From assembly GCA_965235115.1 (NCBI GenBank), contig OZ249452.1:15314001-15378000 (forward strand): a stretch of 64,000 nucleotides of DNA. Reading direction: 5' to 3'. The notes under the pieces are model-generated. The model worked only from the letters and a program-made list of their open reading frames with translations, did not search any database and was not told the origin of the DNA. Numbering within the stretch: position 1 is the stretch's first letter; each line of letters begins with the position of its first letter. The translations under genes and the position numbers were made by a program. This stretch comes from Laetmonice hystrix. Lineage: Eukaryota. This document shows positions 37,395 to 50,495 of this stretch, piece after piece.

Positions 37395-40300
37395 GGTGAC
37401 AATTTCCGGGGGGGGGGGAGTATCCCCCTTTAAGACATAGAATGACGACGTCTGCCGTCGAGAGGGTTAAGTTGTGGACGGTACAAGGGTTTCAGTTTTC
37501 CGAGTCGGCACAGCGCGCGCCCCCTGGCGCTGAGATCATAAACAAAGCGACCCAGTCTGTGGCGATCTCCTGTTCCCGACTGCTGTCATATGCTTACACA
37601 ATTTCTTATCACTGGGTGAAACCAATGGGTACCGCAGGCCCACCTCAATGTACAGACACCACAATTCTCTTCCACGTTACCATGGCGACACGGACTACCT
37701 GGATTGTGGCACCGTTTTGTGCCACACAAGACACGTCTGGGTACGTTGTTCCCAAGGATAGGTTCTAAATGATAATGACCATCCAGACCATTTCAGATAT
37801 TCAAGGGATGTCATAAAACACTTCAGAATCACTGACCGTCCGTGACGTCATTGGTGCGAAACACAGAACGCTCCAATGCATTAATTCTCGAAATTTTCAA
37901 TTTGAAAGAAAGGAAAATCATCAAAAATATCTCTATAATATCCAACCACGTTCTACGGCGGAATAAAGATAATATTAGCCACTTATCACCCTGGAAATCA
38001 CTTACCACTCGATCTAAGTCATCTTTTTAAGTCACGTCTGCACATGTTTTGGCCAACGAAACCACCAAACACTTAAAATGGGTGTCGTATCCATGGGAAA
38101 CCATGGCAACCATCGGGCACCAGTGGCGGTTCTGGATCCCAAGGGATGTCAAGATCTAGTTAAGCTTACAATAATCTTCGGCACACGATCGGTTACTTAA
38201 TCAACAAAAATACCATCACTCAATTCTTCTTGTTACCAACACAGCCGCCGTCAGGTCCCGGGAAACACTGAACCAAACCTAATAACCTACCTAGAGAATA
38301 ATAAAAACTTCAAACCATTTCATCAAATCAGGACACCATTAATTTTTTGAACACTTTGTTTCACTTCAAATAAATTCGCAAAAAAGGGGTTAGTAGTGAA
38401 CAAGTTCATCCTTGTGAATCCCTCGGAGTGGACGGCTTAGATTAGCCCAGTTGATGATGCCGTAATCCGGTACAGTGACCTCCCATATGAAGAAGTTAGG
38501 ACCCTTGGCCTTAAGTGGCCCAAACACTTGTATTAATCCGCACAAAGTGGCCTTGTTCCCGAGGGCAGGTCAAAGGTTATCACCCGAGCCTGGGCATTAG
38601 CCTGATTCCAACGGAGGGTAGTTAATCTCCTCCCGGCTAGGGTTAATCTCAGCCCGGTGGTAATCTAGGCACACCCTTGGCTCCTGCCTCCTTCAAACAA
38701 AACACACACAGCCCTTGTCAGCCTGCTGCCACTTCTAGGCCGTATTTCCACCACTCGGAACCTATTTCCAGGATTCCCAGATGTGCTTAGAGGTGAGAAG
38801 AAGAAGAAGGAAGAAGCAAACGGACGATGAGGGAGGAGGGAGGGGGCGTTGCAGCCTTTTATCCCGGCTCTGAGAGAAATCTCCGCTGATGTTTTAGTAA
38901 GGAACGTAGAACGTTTCTCCGATACCGAATCAATCAGTGGTTTCACGTCCACCCGTACCGTACTCCAGCGCTGCCCGTCGATGACCTCCAAACTACTCCA
39001 AGGGCCAACGCCCGTCGCAAACTTTTATCTGACGTTCCCTGTGCCTGCCCTGCCGTCAGCCGACAGATGGAACACAGCTGCACGAGCGGCGCAGATGGAC
39101 GTTGGTTGGTGTTGCCGTCCTCGCCGCCGCTCAGTCGGAGTGGCGAGTACGGCACAGCCGCCGCCGCTGGGATGGATAGGAAGGAACCAACTTCATCTTC
39201 CCTTAGTGTCAGACATCTTTGAAGATCGCCTTCATCTCCCAGCGCCGTCGCTGCCGCCGCCGCCGCCGGTCTAGGCTGGGCTCAGAGTGAGGCTGGGAGA
39301 CCGGACGGGTCGGATGGCGGTGGCGGGGAAGACAGGGGATAGCCGGGAGGGGGGAGGGGGGAGGGGGGATCGGACCTGCAGATAGTGGCTTGCTTTGGTT
39401 CCCCCTCTCTCCACTAACCCTACATTGGCGCCACCACCCCACAGACCACCACCTCCACCCACCACCACCGTGCTGATCTGCTAGACTAGACTCCCAAACC
39501 TGCTGAATCATCATCCACTTCCTGGATTGGCGCTTCCAGGCTTGGATCGCAGCGGGACCGGGTCCCAGTCCAACCATCGACCCACTCAACCGTGTCCTCC
39601 CCCGGCTCTCTGCAAACCATTCCGGGAATCATCTAATAATTTCTCCGATCGATCACCACTGCCTGCACACAGACAGCAGACACCATCTCCAGTTCCCAGA
39701 AATTCTAAGCGACCAGCTGAGGACAGCACATTGCAGACCTTGAAGCAAACTTTGCAATATTATTCGAGAACCCTCATATATTATTATGTTGGAATTATAC
39801 TGAACTGATACAATGCAGTGGGCCCCGCGGATAGGCTCTTTGTGCCTGATGTCATGCTTTGTGAGCGCAGAATCATGTTATGGGAGTTAGGAGCATGTTG
39901 TGTCAGCAGAACACATGTTCTCTGAGCTCTGCGCAGTGTTCCATCAGCGAGGTCATGTTCCTCGTGCCAAGGTCATGTTCCTCGTGCCAAGGTCATATCC
40001 CAAACCCATGAAAGCGTTTGTTCCCTCAAACAGGCCAATGTTTCAGTGAACCGGAAGCCGATGGGGTGAAAAGATCATGTTCTAGTATGACCTACGGCTT
40101 CGATTGGTCAAAGCTATCTCCCTGTGCCTCAAGACACAAACACTGTCATGCATGTATACGCCAAGGACACGAATGGAACAATGCCATGTCCCTGTGTTCA
40201 ATATTCCATGTTCCACGGAACATTATGTGAGGAACAGATGGTCTCTTGTCCCAGAGATCCGTTCTTGGCAGATCACTTGGAAACAGAGAGGCTGATAGAC

Positions 40301-42532
40301 CGATGCTGGAGCCACCGGAACTGTGGATATAGTGGTAAAAACGGATAGGTACAGAGATTGCCAGACTGCTCGACGGTACAGGGTCTGGGAGACCGACACA
40401 GAATGACTGACAGACTGATGGCCTACACAACCACCCGCACGGACAGAGAGACAGATGTCGGGAGGGACTGAGAGACAGGAGAAATGAGCGACAGATACAG
40501 GAACGTGAGATACTCGCATACATATGGACGAGAACCATGACAGTAGACGAGCTGCATGCAGCACTCAGCCGTCGGCAGGCTGGGTAGATAGAATGACACA
40601 CACAGGCCGACGGCATTCTCAGACTGTCAGTCGCCTGCCACCAGTCCTGGCTGCCAAACCTGCACGCCAGTACTACCCCCCATACCCTCCAGACAATGCT
40701 CTCCTAACTTACTTACTCATTCACTCAGCAATTCTATCAATTCATATTTTTTAAATATATAAAAAGTATAAAATCGCCAAATATTTTATGTACGCAGATG
40801 CTAAATCTAAGATATTATTATTATCCGTTGTCCTCTAATGTTGAGTTTCCATGGAAACCGTTGCGTGAACTTGATCGACATACAGACCTATGGTTATATA
40901 GATGCTAGCAGGACATTGTTGTATAGATGCTAACAGGGCATTCTTGTAAGGATGACCTCCTCACACTGCGTTGTTCACAAAGCTCATGGTGAATTTTAAT
41001 TCATACACGCACATATGGCACATTTGGAGGGAATTGCCTGAACCACGACGTTTAGTCCTGGCATACAGAGCATTAGCCCTTGGCCAGCGCCATTTTGGGA
41101 CAAAAGCAATTGGCCAAGTCTTCGTACAGGACAAGTCAAGACTAAGTATATCCCCAAATTCTTTATTTTTCCACTCTTCGGCTTCTTTTTACGCTGTAAA
41201 ATATAAAAGCAATGGCATGTAGCCAGAGACGAAACCCTTTTATGAGTGAGCTATCATTTCCCAGACACATGTGTCTGCCTCAACAATGTATTCCGCGCAA
41301 GTAATCAGCGCCGAGTAAGACCGACTGCCAATATCCACCAGTCGACCGATCCATCCGCATTTACTGCTGAACGCTCTGCTATATCAACCAACCAGCGGGC
41401 TGAGAAACATTCGCTGCGGGGCTCACATCGGTTCCAATATGGTAGCCGACACAACAATGACTGTGGTAGGCCCGGCAGCTGGGGTTCGGCCTGTTATTAC
41501 GCGTGCTGGTAACAACACTGAAAATACACGAGGGAGGATCGGGGTCGGAGCACCTCGGCTATTTAAATTTAATCCGTTCTTTTATGTTCTGTTTGTCCGA
41601 TTCAAACCGCATGGTTGGATTCTAAGTCCAAACATGGTCCAAGAGCCAAGTCCTGACATACCATATGCCTCGGTCCTAAATCTCCATTTAAATCATCCTT
41701 GAATCCTTCAGTGGCAATTTCCCCCAATAATCGCAATCCCTGAACAGTCACAGTCCAAACGTTGACGTCTGATGTAATCTTAATCATTTATTGCAACCTC
41801 ATTCAAAAATCGTCTTCTGTTTCCTCCTTCATAAACTGTCACACCAGAATCTGATGACGTGACAAAAAACTCTGCTAAATACCAATGTAAATATATACAC
41901 TCCAAACACATTCTGCCACTTGGCCATTTTTCTGCTGTCAAATCTCGTTAGTTTTCAGCATTCCGCACTTTGTCTCCTCGCCTTCGATCACTCGGGGCGT
42001 CCAGCCCACGGCCGATGATGATGCCCACTTCTGTTGCTTGGTGACCGAGTCCATTTCGTCCTGTCATGGCGTTTTATCCCGCTGACACTGTGCCGCCATG
42101 TTGACTAAGGGCTTGACCTTTGAACGTTCTTGGACTACTGCTCGCGGTAATAATTACGTCACCAGGGTCGCAATGACGTCGGTACGTCAATAACGGCTCG
42201 GCTAAATGTTGCTGGGGCGACTGTCGAGTGCTAAGCTAATCTTCGCGACTCTGCCCGCGAGCGCTCGTTGTGACAAAGCGTTCCCGTAGATTTGCCATCA
42301 CAAGGCTTTGCTGAAACTGTCTTACACATTGTGACTGGGTGAACCCAGTGTAACACTGTGTGTTACACTGGGTTACACTGTGTGTTACACTAATATGTAA
42401 AAGAGCAGTTCTCATTTTGTAATTACTTACCTATGTTAAATCAATCATTCTTAATTGCAGACAACATATTTCAGGAGGTACCTTGATTAGTTTGTAGCTG
42501 GCTGTGGACACATGTGGTAATTCAGAACTCAC

Positions 42533-42610
42533 CCTCCTTGGTGTCACCACTCACTGAGCTACTACTCTCCCACCAATCTCACTCACCTGGAAAGACACAC
42601 AAACAAACCA
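42533..42610 (-). promoter_or_regulatory. Candidate recursive splice site (3'SS abutting a 5'SS) with a 54-nt RS-exon
   Basis: ggctgac...tttgtttgtgtgtctttccag|GTGAGT at 42587/42586, near the middle of the 13.5 kb intron; a further GTGAGT donor at 42532. Confidence 0.55.
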
Positions 42611-42730
42611 AGTCAGCCAATGAGCACACAGCATCACAAGTTACAACCACACAAATATAAGAAAATTAAAATGTTTTCATGATGGTAATATACTTCTGCT
42701 CCGTGGGGAACACTCTGTAAAAGAAACCAG

Positions 42731-42823
42731 GTGGTTTACGGTAAGTACACTGGTGTACGTTTTTTATGGTTTACGGTACGTGCACTGGTGTACGTTTTCT
42801 GTGGTTTACGGTATGTTCACTGG
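42731..42823. repeat. 35-bp tandem repeat, about 2.6 copies
   Basis: ggtttacggta.gt.cactggtgtacgtttt at 42733, 42768 and 42803. Confidence 0.85.
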
Positions 42824-43069
42824 TTCAAAAGGTTCGCAGACTGAGGGCCCGGTGGATTATCTTTAGTAGTAATCACTTGGCCTTGAAATGGGATTAGCCT
42901 GGGGACAAAAACAGGTCGGACCACAGGTCTGCTGGGAGCGCGGGCACACCGCGTCCGGGTGGCCGGATGTGGTGCTCCTTGCTAAGTACATCCGATTTGC
43001 TGCCAATCGTCAGACCTACATCAGGTAATTCTAGGTCTTCGTGATTTACTGAGTACACCCTCTGCTGAC

Positions 43070-43400
43070 TGTCCCTGTCCACTGACTGCCTCTACCCACA
43101 GACTGTCCCTGCTGACTGCCCCTCCCCACGTACTGTACCTACTGACTGCCCCTACACACATACTGTCCCTACTGACTGCCCCTACACATACTGTCCCTAC
43201 TGACTGCCCCTATACACATACTGTCCCTACTGACTGCCCCTACCCACATACTTCCCTACTGACTGCTCCTAAACACATACTGTCCCTACTGACTGCCTCT
43301 ACACACAGACTGTCCCTACTGACTGCCCCTACCCACAGACTGTCCCTACTGACTGCCCCACCCACATACTGTACCCACAGACTGCCCTTACTGTCTACCC
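43070..43400. repeat. Degenerate minisatellite of about 29 bp
   Basis: actgtccctactgactgcccctacacacat-like units. Confidence 0.88.
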
Positions 43401-43909
43401 AGACTGTACCTGTCTCTACCCTATTGACCCTACGTACTCAGACCACAAACTGTCCCTGCCTTCTGACTTTCCCTGCCCTCTGACTGTCACTACTGACTGT
43501 CCCTGTCTGCTGACTGTCGGTCTTCCTGTAGATTTAGAAACGGTGTTCACTGTCAATGTAGACCATGTCTGTTTATCTGCAGAACGTGTACTGTCTGTCT
43601 GTCACACCTCTGCCGTCCGGTTACAGTATCTTTGCCTGCTGAATTGCTGGGGCTGCCGGAAACCTGGCCAGCAACAGAGGCAGATACTATTTAGCTTGCA
43701 ATTTCCAATTTACTAGACTTATCAATAACTATACTAATAAAGGCTTCTCATTAGCCACCAATCAGGGAGCCTTCCTGTCCCAATCCACCTTCAATATAAA
43801 GGCTACCGGCAGTTGATCTAATTAGTGTAATTAACATGCCGGCTCCATCGCTATAATGAGGAAACGGAGCTCGGAGCGCCGGCTTGTTGAGTTCTGCATC
43901 TAGGCCCGT

Positions 43910-44145
43910 CAACTGGGCCTTTTACCGGGGCCATGGGCCCTCCTACCGGGGCGTTGGTTGGGCCCTCCTACCGGGGCCATGGGCCCTCCTACCGGGCCGT
44001 CGGTTGGGCCCTCCTACCGGGGCCATGGGCCCTCCTACAGGGCCGTCGGTTGGGCCCTTCTACCGGGGCCATGGGCCCTCCTACCAGGGCCATGGGCCAT
44101 CCTACCGGGCCGTCGGTTGGGCCCTGCCATCGGGCCGCTGGTTGG
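43910..44145. repeat. Composite 21/25-bp GC-rich minisatellite
   Basis: gggccctcctaccggggccat alternating with gggccctcctaccgggccgtcggtt. Confidence 0.92.
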
Positions 44146-46230
44146 CCCCTTCAATCGTTTGATTTCCCTTCGTTAAAATTCCCCATTTACTGGAAATGAA
44201 AGAACTTGGGGTAGTGGGCTACAGGTATTTTGTCTCTCCTTTCATGGCATAGAAAGAACCCTAGTAACCACTGCCGTGGTGGTTACCAGAAACCTCGGCT
44301 TGTAACAAACAGTTGCCATGGAGATCCGAACTTTTTTGTTTGTTTCTAACTCAATGGTGAGAATACCGATCCACACTCAACAGATGTTATTCAATTCACG
44401 AGCTGCCGCCTCAAAACTCGCCGAGTATTCTCGTAATCAGTGTGCGGCATATGTGCCAAATTGGCATCCTGCAAAACTGGCAACGGGCTCTGGAACCGAG
44501 GCCAAGTTCTGGCAGCGTTTAACCACTGGCAGCAGACAGAAGGAAACCGTTAGTTACAATCCATATTTGGATATGAACCGTACAACAAATGCTGTCCGTC
44601 ATATTTAAGCCGTCCCTCACTAACACAGTCTGCCATATTTTACGCTCTCTATAATCGATCGTTTCATCAATATCTCAGCTGCCTCTGGTCCATACCATTG
44701 TCCATATCTCACCGACTACAGCATAACATAGTCATCTACACTTGAACGGTCTACGACAAATTCTTTTATCAATATCAAAACAACCCACAACTTACAAACA
44801 CACACATTTACATTGCGTGCAATTACTACAGACATCTATATTTGGTTTACTTCCACTTATTACGTCACAGCGTTCGCGGTTTTCGAACACCCCAACACTG
44901 GGACATCGGGAGCTGTTAATCACATTAAAACTGTCCATGAATTCGTTAACACATCTGAGTTAACGAATACGTTACAAATAACGAAAAAAGACCGTAATTA
45001 TAAAGCCCATTTATGGGGACGTTACCGACATTCCTTTCCGTTTCCATCGTTCAGACTCTTTTTTACTTAGAGCGTTTCCATGTGTGTGGGTTCGTGCAAA
45101 TGGAAACGCTGCTTTCACAAAACATGAACGATAAAAACGAAAACGGATAACGGAAACGGACACATGAGGATTGGTTTTAAGAAGCGTTCAAGGAGATGCC
45201 TGTTTTACATGCTCCTACTCTCAATGTGCTAAAAATGATTCGGATAAACGTTTTGGTTGAACGCAAAAGAGTTGCATAAATAGCAGAATCCTCATGTCAC
45301 GACAGTCCCAGAAATCTAACTGTACCAAATTTCTAAAAATGTCATTGACACCCACACTCCTAACAGACAGTGGAAACGTTAGTTTTATTCAGAAAACAAC
45401 ATCGTTTCCCATCTAGTGGTATGATTTTTGTTCATTATGCGCTGTAAAAGCCTACGTACTACAGGGACCGATCATTGACTACAATCCATGAATGTAATAA
45501 AAGAGCGGAAAGCCATCCACCATGATTGTAAACACCATCACTTGTTGAATTATTGACATGAAAATGTTCGGATGCGCATGAAATAGATTCCGGGAACGCC
45601 TCGCCACAACCGATGAATGCCATGTAACGGCAAGGAGGCCATGCCCTTGCCACATCGGAGGGCACTCCCAGTGCCACCTGCCGGTAACAATCCCAAACCT
45701 CCTCCGTGATGGCAGTTGACATTATTACCCACTGATGAAGCCACTTTTCTGGAGGAGGTTAGCGACCCCTCGCGGTGTCAAACGCAACTAAAATGTCTCC
45801 AATCGTTTCCTGCCCTATCTGACCCGCCAGCCTGGCTCCATGGCAACGTGGCAGACGATCGACGGCAGAAAATAAACGTCACCGGTTCGACAACACCATG
45901 TATAAAATATTAATTTCTGCTAGTATGATTCAAGTGTCCGCGTGGCCAAAATCGTTAGGATTCATATGCAATAACTAGGGGATAAAATGCATGGTTTGAC
46001 GTCATAACGTTCCGAGCCTCCGTTTGGAAATATCCTAGTCAACAACTATCCCCTTCACTCAACGGTCTATGCCACCAAACAACATTAATACAATGTTATC
46101 GAAGACGGGGGAGATACAAGCCGGCATGACATTGAGAGATTTAAAATAGTACGTGTATCAGCAATGCAATATTACACGGTTTGCTTTCCCCAATCGTTAT
46201 AACACATCACGTGACCACAACTCCACCTGG

Positions 46231-46386
46231 CCTCGGTTTCAAGAAAGTGGTTAAGTTAACTAAGTTGCTTAAAATCGTGCTTAACTCTGCCTTTAACCAA
46301 GATTGGTTAAATCTCTTAATTAATTAACATTAACCAATTCGTCTTAACCAACTTAGTTAATTTAAACCAATTTCTTGAAACCAGGG
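46231..46386. mobile_element. MITE-like element of about 156 bp with imperfect terminal inverted repeats of about 38 bp
   Basis: The left end cctcggtttcaagaaagtggttaagttaactaagttg matches the reverse complement of the right end (ccctggtttcaagaaattggtttaaattaactaagttg); AT-rich core; no clear TSD. Confidence 0.7.
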
Positions 46387-46790
46387 TGGTCAATTCCAGC
46401 ACTGTCTGCAAACCGGAACTGGAACCGTTGACGGGACGTATCACGTCAGCGTCTCAAATCATTTGTTACCTCCTTCAGCTACCATCCTTGAAAAGGAAAC
46501 TAAGAACACCCCAACAACTGTACAATTATTTCTAACGTGAACAGAAATCATGTTCCCACCTGTTAGGCTTGAGCCCTCGGTGATCATTCGTATACCAACT
46601 GACCAATCAAAATAGCTGTGACATCGAGACGAGGGTGCGGGCTTACGACCCTAACAGACTGACGTTGTGGACAATAATGTATCTGGCGAACCGTTCCACT
46701 CATCCCCGGCTAAGTAGAAGCCTCGGTAGAGTACAATACATGGCCCCTACTAAAATCGTTGTTTCCATGGTAGCGGTGCTAGCCTGCCGG

Positions 46791-46988
46791 TTACAGTGGC
46801 CCGTATCCTGCTTTATGTAATGTCCCCAGCGGTGCAACAGCTCCGATAGCAGCCTGGGGTGAGAGTGGGTGGGACGGCTTGGTGTGGGGGTTCGATCGAA
46901 GAATGTAATTCCTGCGAATCTCTTTCAGGAAGATGTCGATGGTGGCCGCCTGGGGGCGCTCGTAATCTCCACCGCTGGACAGCTGCTG
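46791..46988 (-). CDS. Candidate alternative terminal exon after PH1 ((QQ)LSSGGDYERPQAATIDIFLKEIRRNYILRSNPHTKPS...KAGYGPL*)
   Basis: CTGAC branch-like motif, pyrimidine tract and AAG/CAG/CAG tandem acceptors, all in phase 0 with the donor at 49814; 63-65 open codons to TAA. Confidence 0.5.
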   Translation of the reverse strand, partial: QQLSSGGDYERPQAATIDIFLKEIRRNYILRSNPHTKPSHPLSPQAAIGAVAPLGTLHKAGYGPL

Positions 46989-47389
46989 CTTCAACAGGCA
47001 GGACGGAGGTCAAAGGTCAGATTAAAACCGACCACTAGAGGGCGGGTGTGGGGAGAAATGGGATCCGAGGGGCCTGTATGTGTCTATTGTTCATTCCACA
47101 GGCTAGGGGAAGTTTTCTCGATCACTAACCCAGACTAATGACTGCCCGACCGGAGATTATGTGGGGAACCGACGGTGACTGGTTCCTCCAGGAGGTTTAG
47201 CCTGACGACGAATTTCCTACTCCAGTAGGTCGAGCCTCAAGATTCAGTTTATGCTCCAGTAGGCATGGCCTGTTGACACAATACCTCCTCCAGTAGAGAA
47301 AGCCTGTTGCTAGGTATGACTTGTCTATAGACAGTCCTTCCTCCAGTATCTATAGGCTGTTGTCACTGCTGCAGTAGGTCCAACCTGTA

Positions 47390-47935
47390 GACACAGTAAC
47401 TCCTCCAGTAGGCACAGCCTGTTTACAGTGTTCCAGCCCCCTCCCCCAGTAGGCACAGCCTGTTGACACTGCTCCAGTAGGACCAGCCTCTAGACACAGT
47501 CCCTCCTCCAGTAGGCACAGCCTGTTTACAGTGTTCCAGCTCCCTCCCCCAGTAGGCACAGCCTGTTGTCACTGCTCCAGTAGGACCAGCCTCTAGACAC
47601 AGTCCCTCCTCCAGTAGGCACAGCCTGTTTACAGTGTTCCAGCTCCCTCCCCCAGTAGGCACAGCCTGTTGACACTGCTCCAGTAGGACCAGCCTCTAGA
47701 CACAGTCCCTCCTCCAGTAGGCACAGCCTGTTTACAGTGTTCCAGCCCCCTCCCCCAGTAGGCACAGCCTGTTGACACTGCTCCAGTAGGCCCAGCCTCT
47801 AGAAACAGTCCCTCCTCCAGTAGGCACAGCCTGTTGACACTGCCCCAGTAGGCCCAGCCTCTAGACACAGTCCTTCCTCCAGTAGGCACAGACTGTTCAC
47901 AGTGTTCCAGCAGGTCCTGGCTGGGACAGCCTGTA
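47390..47935. repeat. 103-bp higher-order repeat, about 5 copies, built from three ccagtagg.cagcct subunits
   Basis: Near-identical ORFs in the track recur at 47423, 47526 and 47629 (103-bp offset); degenerate flanks extend back to about 47240. Confidence 0.93.
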
Positions 47936-49813
47936 GACTGCAGTCCGCCCACAGACCTGTGTACGCAGGCCGGCCTGTGTCAGGCTAGTTAGTATGTATG
48001 TATGGCGGCCGTCCGCGGTTCATGCCATGGAGTGCTCAGCCTGGCGCCAACCACTGGTAGCAGGCCGTAGGTACTGGAGGCCTCCTGCCTCCGGGAACCG
48101 CTGCCGACACCGTCCAGTATTCTGTCTCAAGTGACTCCCTCCTCTAGAGTGGCGGTTGTCTTCAGGAGAACTGCTGTTCCAGCAGGAGAGGCAATGGCTG
48201 TGACGAGGCTGGACGGGGAGAGAGGTGGGTGGGGGTTACTCCGGAAAAACGAGGTCAATGACAGATTGGGTGAGTTTGCTGTTTGCTGACGTGACGTGCT
48301 GGCAGCACGGCGGCGGTGGTGCTAGCGGTTCTGGTGGTGGTGGTGGTGGTGGTGGCCATCGCCAGGCGGCGCTGTCCTTAGCACCGCCGCAGAAGCAGCA
48401 GCAGCAGGGCGGTGACGCTGGCTGGGTTGGTATCCCGGCTGGCACGAGCCGTCACCATGGCAGCAGTGCCAGCCTGTCGCTGTGCTGCTGCTGGGTGGTT
48501 CGAAGCCGCCCCACCGACCGCGGGACCCTCCCTCCCTGCCTCCCTGCCGCCCTCCCTCCCTGCCGCCCTCCCCCCAGGTTCCACATGACACGTCGCCGTC
48601 ACACAATCCCACAGCCCGAGACGTTGCTCGTAATCTTCCTGGTCTTTCATCCCTGTTGCCATAGACACCCGAACCAAATCAACCGTTATGCTAGCCGTGA
48701 AAAGTCAAGGTAAAAACACGCCGATGAGAAAACAACGATCTTGATCAACTAATTTATCCGTGGCCACCAGACAATGCCATCAATACTCCAGTCTCGATAA
48801 TTATAAAGACCTTAACCTGTTTATCGGGACGACCTGGTTCTGCTGCAAAGTAGGCTTACCGATTCATCGGATGTGAAATGACCTTTTCTTTTGTTAACCA
48901 ATCTCTATTCATGACGACTCACGAGACAATAGACTCTTCAAAATCGAACTCATTCACAGGTCATCTCAAGGCACTTTCAGGAGTATTACAAGAACTCCTT
49001 TTTGAAATCTTCAGCTTTCTAGAAATATAAACCATCCAGAATGAAAACGAGCTTTATTTCACCGCTTCAAGTACTCTTCAAACTGCAGACAGACATTCAT
49101 GACAACAAGCGCATTGTCTTCAGCCAAATTGCGTTGCCATTGGCAACCGACCAGTGCCGTTTTTCAGACACCAGAGACTGCTACCTCACTGTGACGTTAA
49201 CCATCCCCCTCCCTCATGTGAAAAACACACCTGAAAAAAGAAACCTGAGCACCTCGACAGGAACCATTTCAATGTTTTCGTGGTAACCGTCTGCATATGC
49301 TGTGTCAGCAGCGAAGTGATCTTAGGTCAAGTCAACAAAAATAATCCCGGCATTAAGAGAACCGTCTTAAAAACTTTACCACGCCAAAATATGCGATAAC
49401 CTAAAGCAGCTTCCATAGCCGTAGTGTTGGTACTTAACGGCAGGGGGCTCTGTGAGTCGTTTAACTCATACATTGGTATTCCATACCACATGCCGAGTCG
49501 GAGAACCGGAAGTTCACAGCAAACACCTACTATGCAGTATATATATTAAAGGGATCTATAAAATACATGTATATCCAAACATTAACATAAAACAACCGTC
49601 GCAATCCTACGGGAATTGCCGGTTGCTAGAACGCCGCAAAGTGGCGCTACCTGTGTTGCCGCCTTTTCCTCCCGTCGTAAACAGAACTATTAACACTCAC
49701 CGCTGAACCCAGATTTGAAACCTCCTGCCTCGGACCGCTCCGGTGTTTTCTTTACTTTCTGTAATTGTTAAGAATTTCTTGGTACCTTTAATTTAGAATG
49801 GAGTCAGCCTTAC

Positions 49814-49964
49814 CTTGCTCGTGCTACAACTGGTCGTGCAGCCGCTCCCGCTACTGTCGGTCGTACACGTCGTCGTTGTCGAGGCAACCGATGTGAGGGA
49901 GCCTCGTTCTGGGTGCGCCGACTCGAAGACGATGTCGTCAAGTGACGTCGTGTCATCCAAGTCC
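49814..49964 (-). CDS. trio: Trio exon: PH1-SH3 linker (DLDDTTSLDDIVFESAHPERGSLTSVASTTTTCTTDSSGSGCTTSCSTSK), phase 2/0
   Basis: tctacag acceptor and GTAAGG donor; open frame bridging a phase-2 upstream exon to the phase-0 SH3 exon; S/T/D-rich as expected for this linker. Confidence 0.88.
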
Positions 49965-50495
49965 CTGTAGAATGACGAACTGTTGATGAACTCATCAGAT
50001 CTCAGTGCTTACAACACATACGGCACAACAGTAACACTTTCTACGTAACGACAGATGTACATTCCGTATCCCTATCTCTAATCTTATCTCAAATCAACTT
50101 AGAATAATTAAGTACGAAACCATGCAAAACAACATATAAGTGAATACATGATGCATGTTACTGCGACTCCACACATTTAACATGAAGCCCATTTCAAACA
50201 TTCAACTTTCTGTCTCTTACAAAACTGCCACCTTTAAGAATCCAAATATCTGTGTACATGTATTAAGTACCTAACTACCAAACAGTATGTCTTCGAGTAC
50301 ATAATTGGGCATAGTCTTTAACAACTTGAAATCTTAACTTAAGCTTGATTTGCTGATCGGCCTATCTGCTACAACAAACCAATTAGAAGCGTTAAGCCTA
50401 AACTTAAGCAAGATGTTAAGTTTTCAAAGCTCGGTTTCAGAATTCCATTCCCCAGATACCGACTGCCGGGTCATGCTGAGAATGGGTTAACTTAC

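Noticed and set aside
46470-46486. 17-nt microexon (strong acceptor, GTAACA donor) containing TGA
   Set aside because: Mediocre donor, and a pairing this short is easily found by chance.
48225-48713. Several 60-162 aa ORFs on both strands in a GC-rich block
   Set aside because: Low-complexity triplet runs keep frames open; no usable donor in phase with the SH3 exon.
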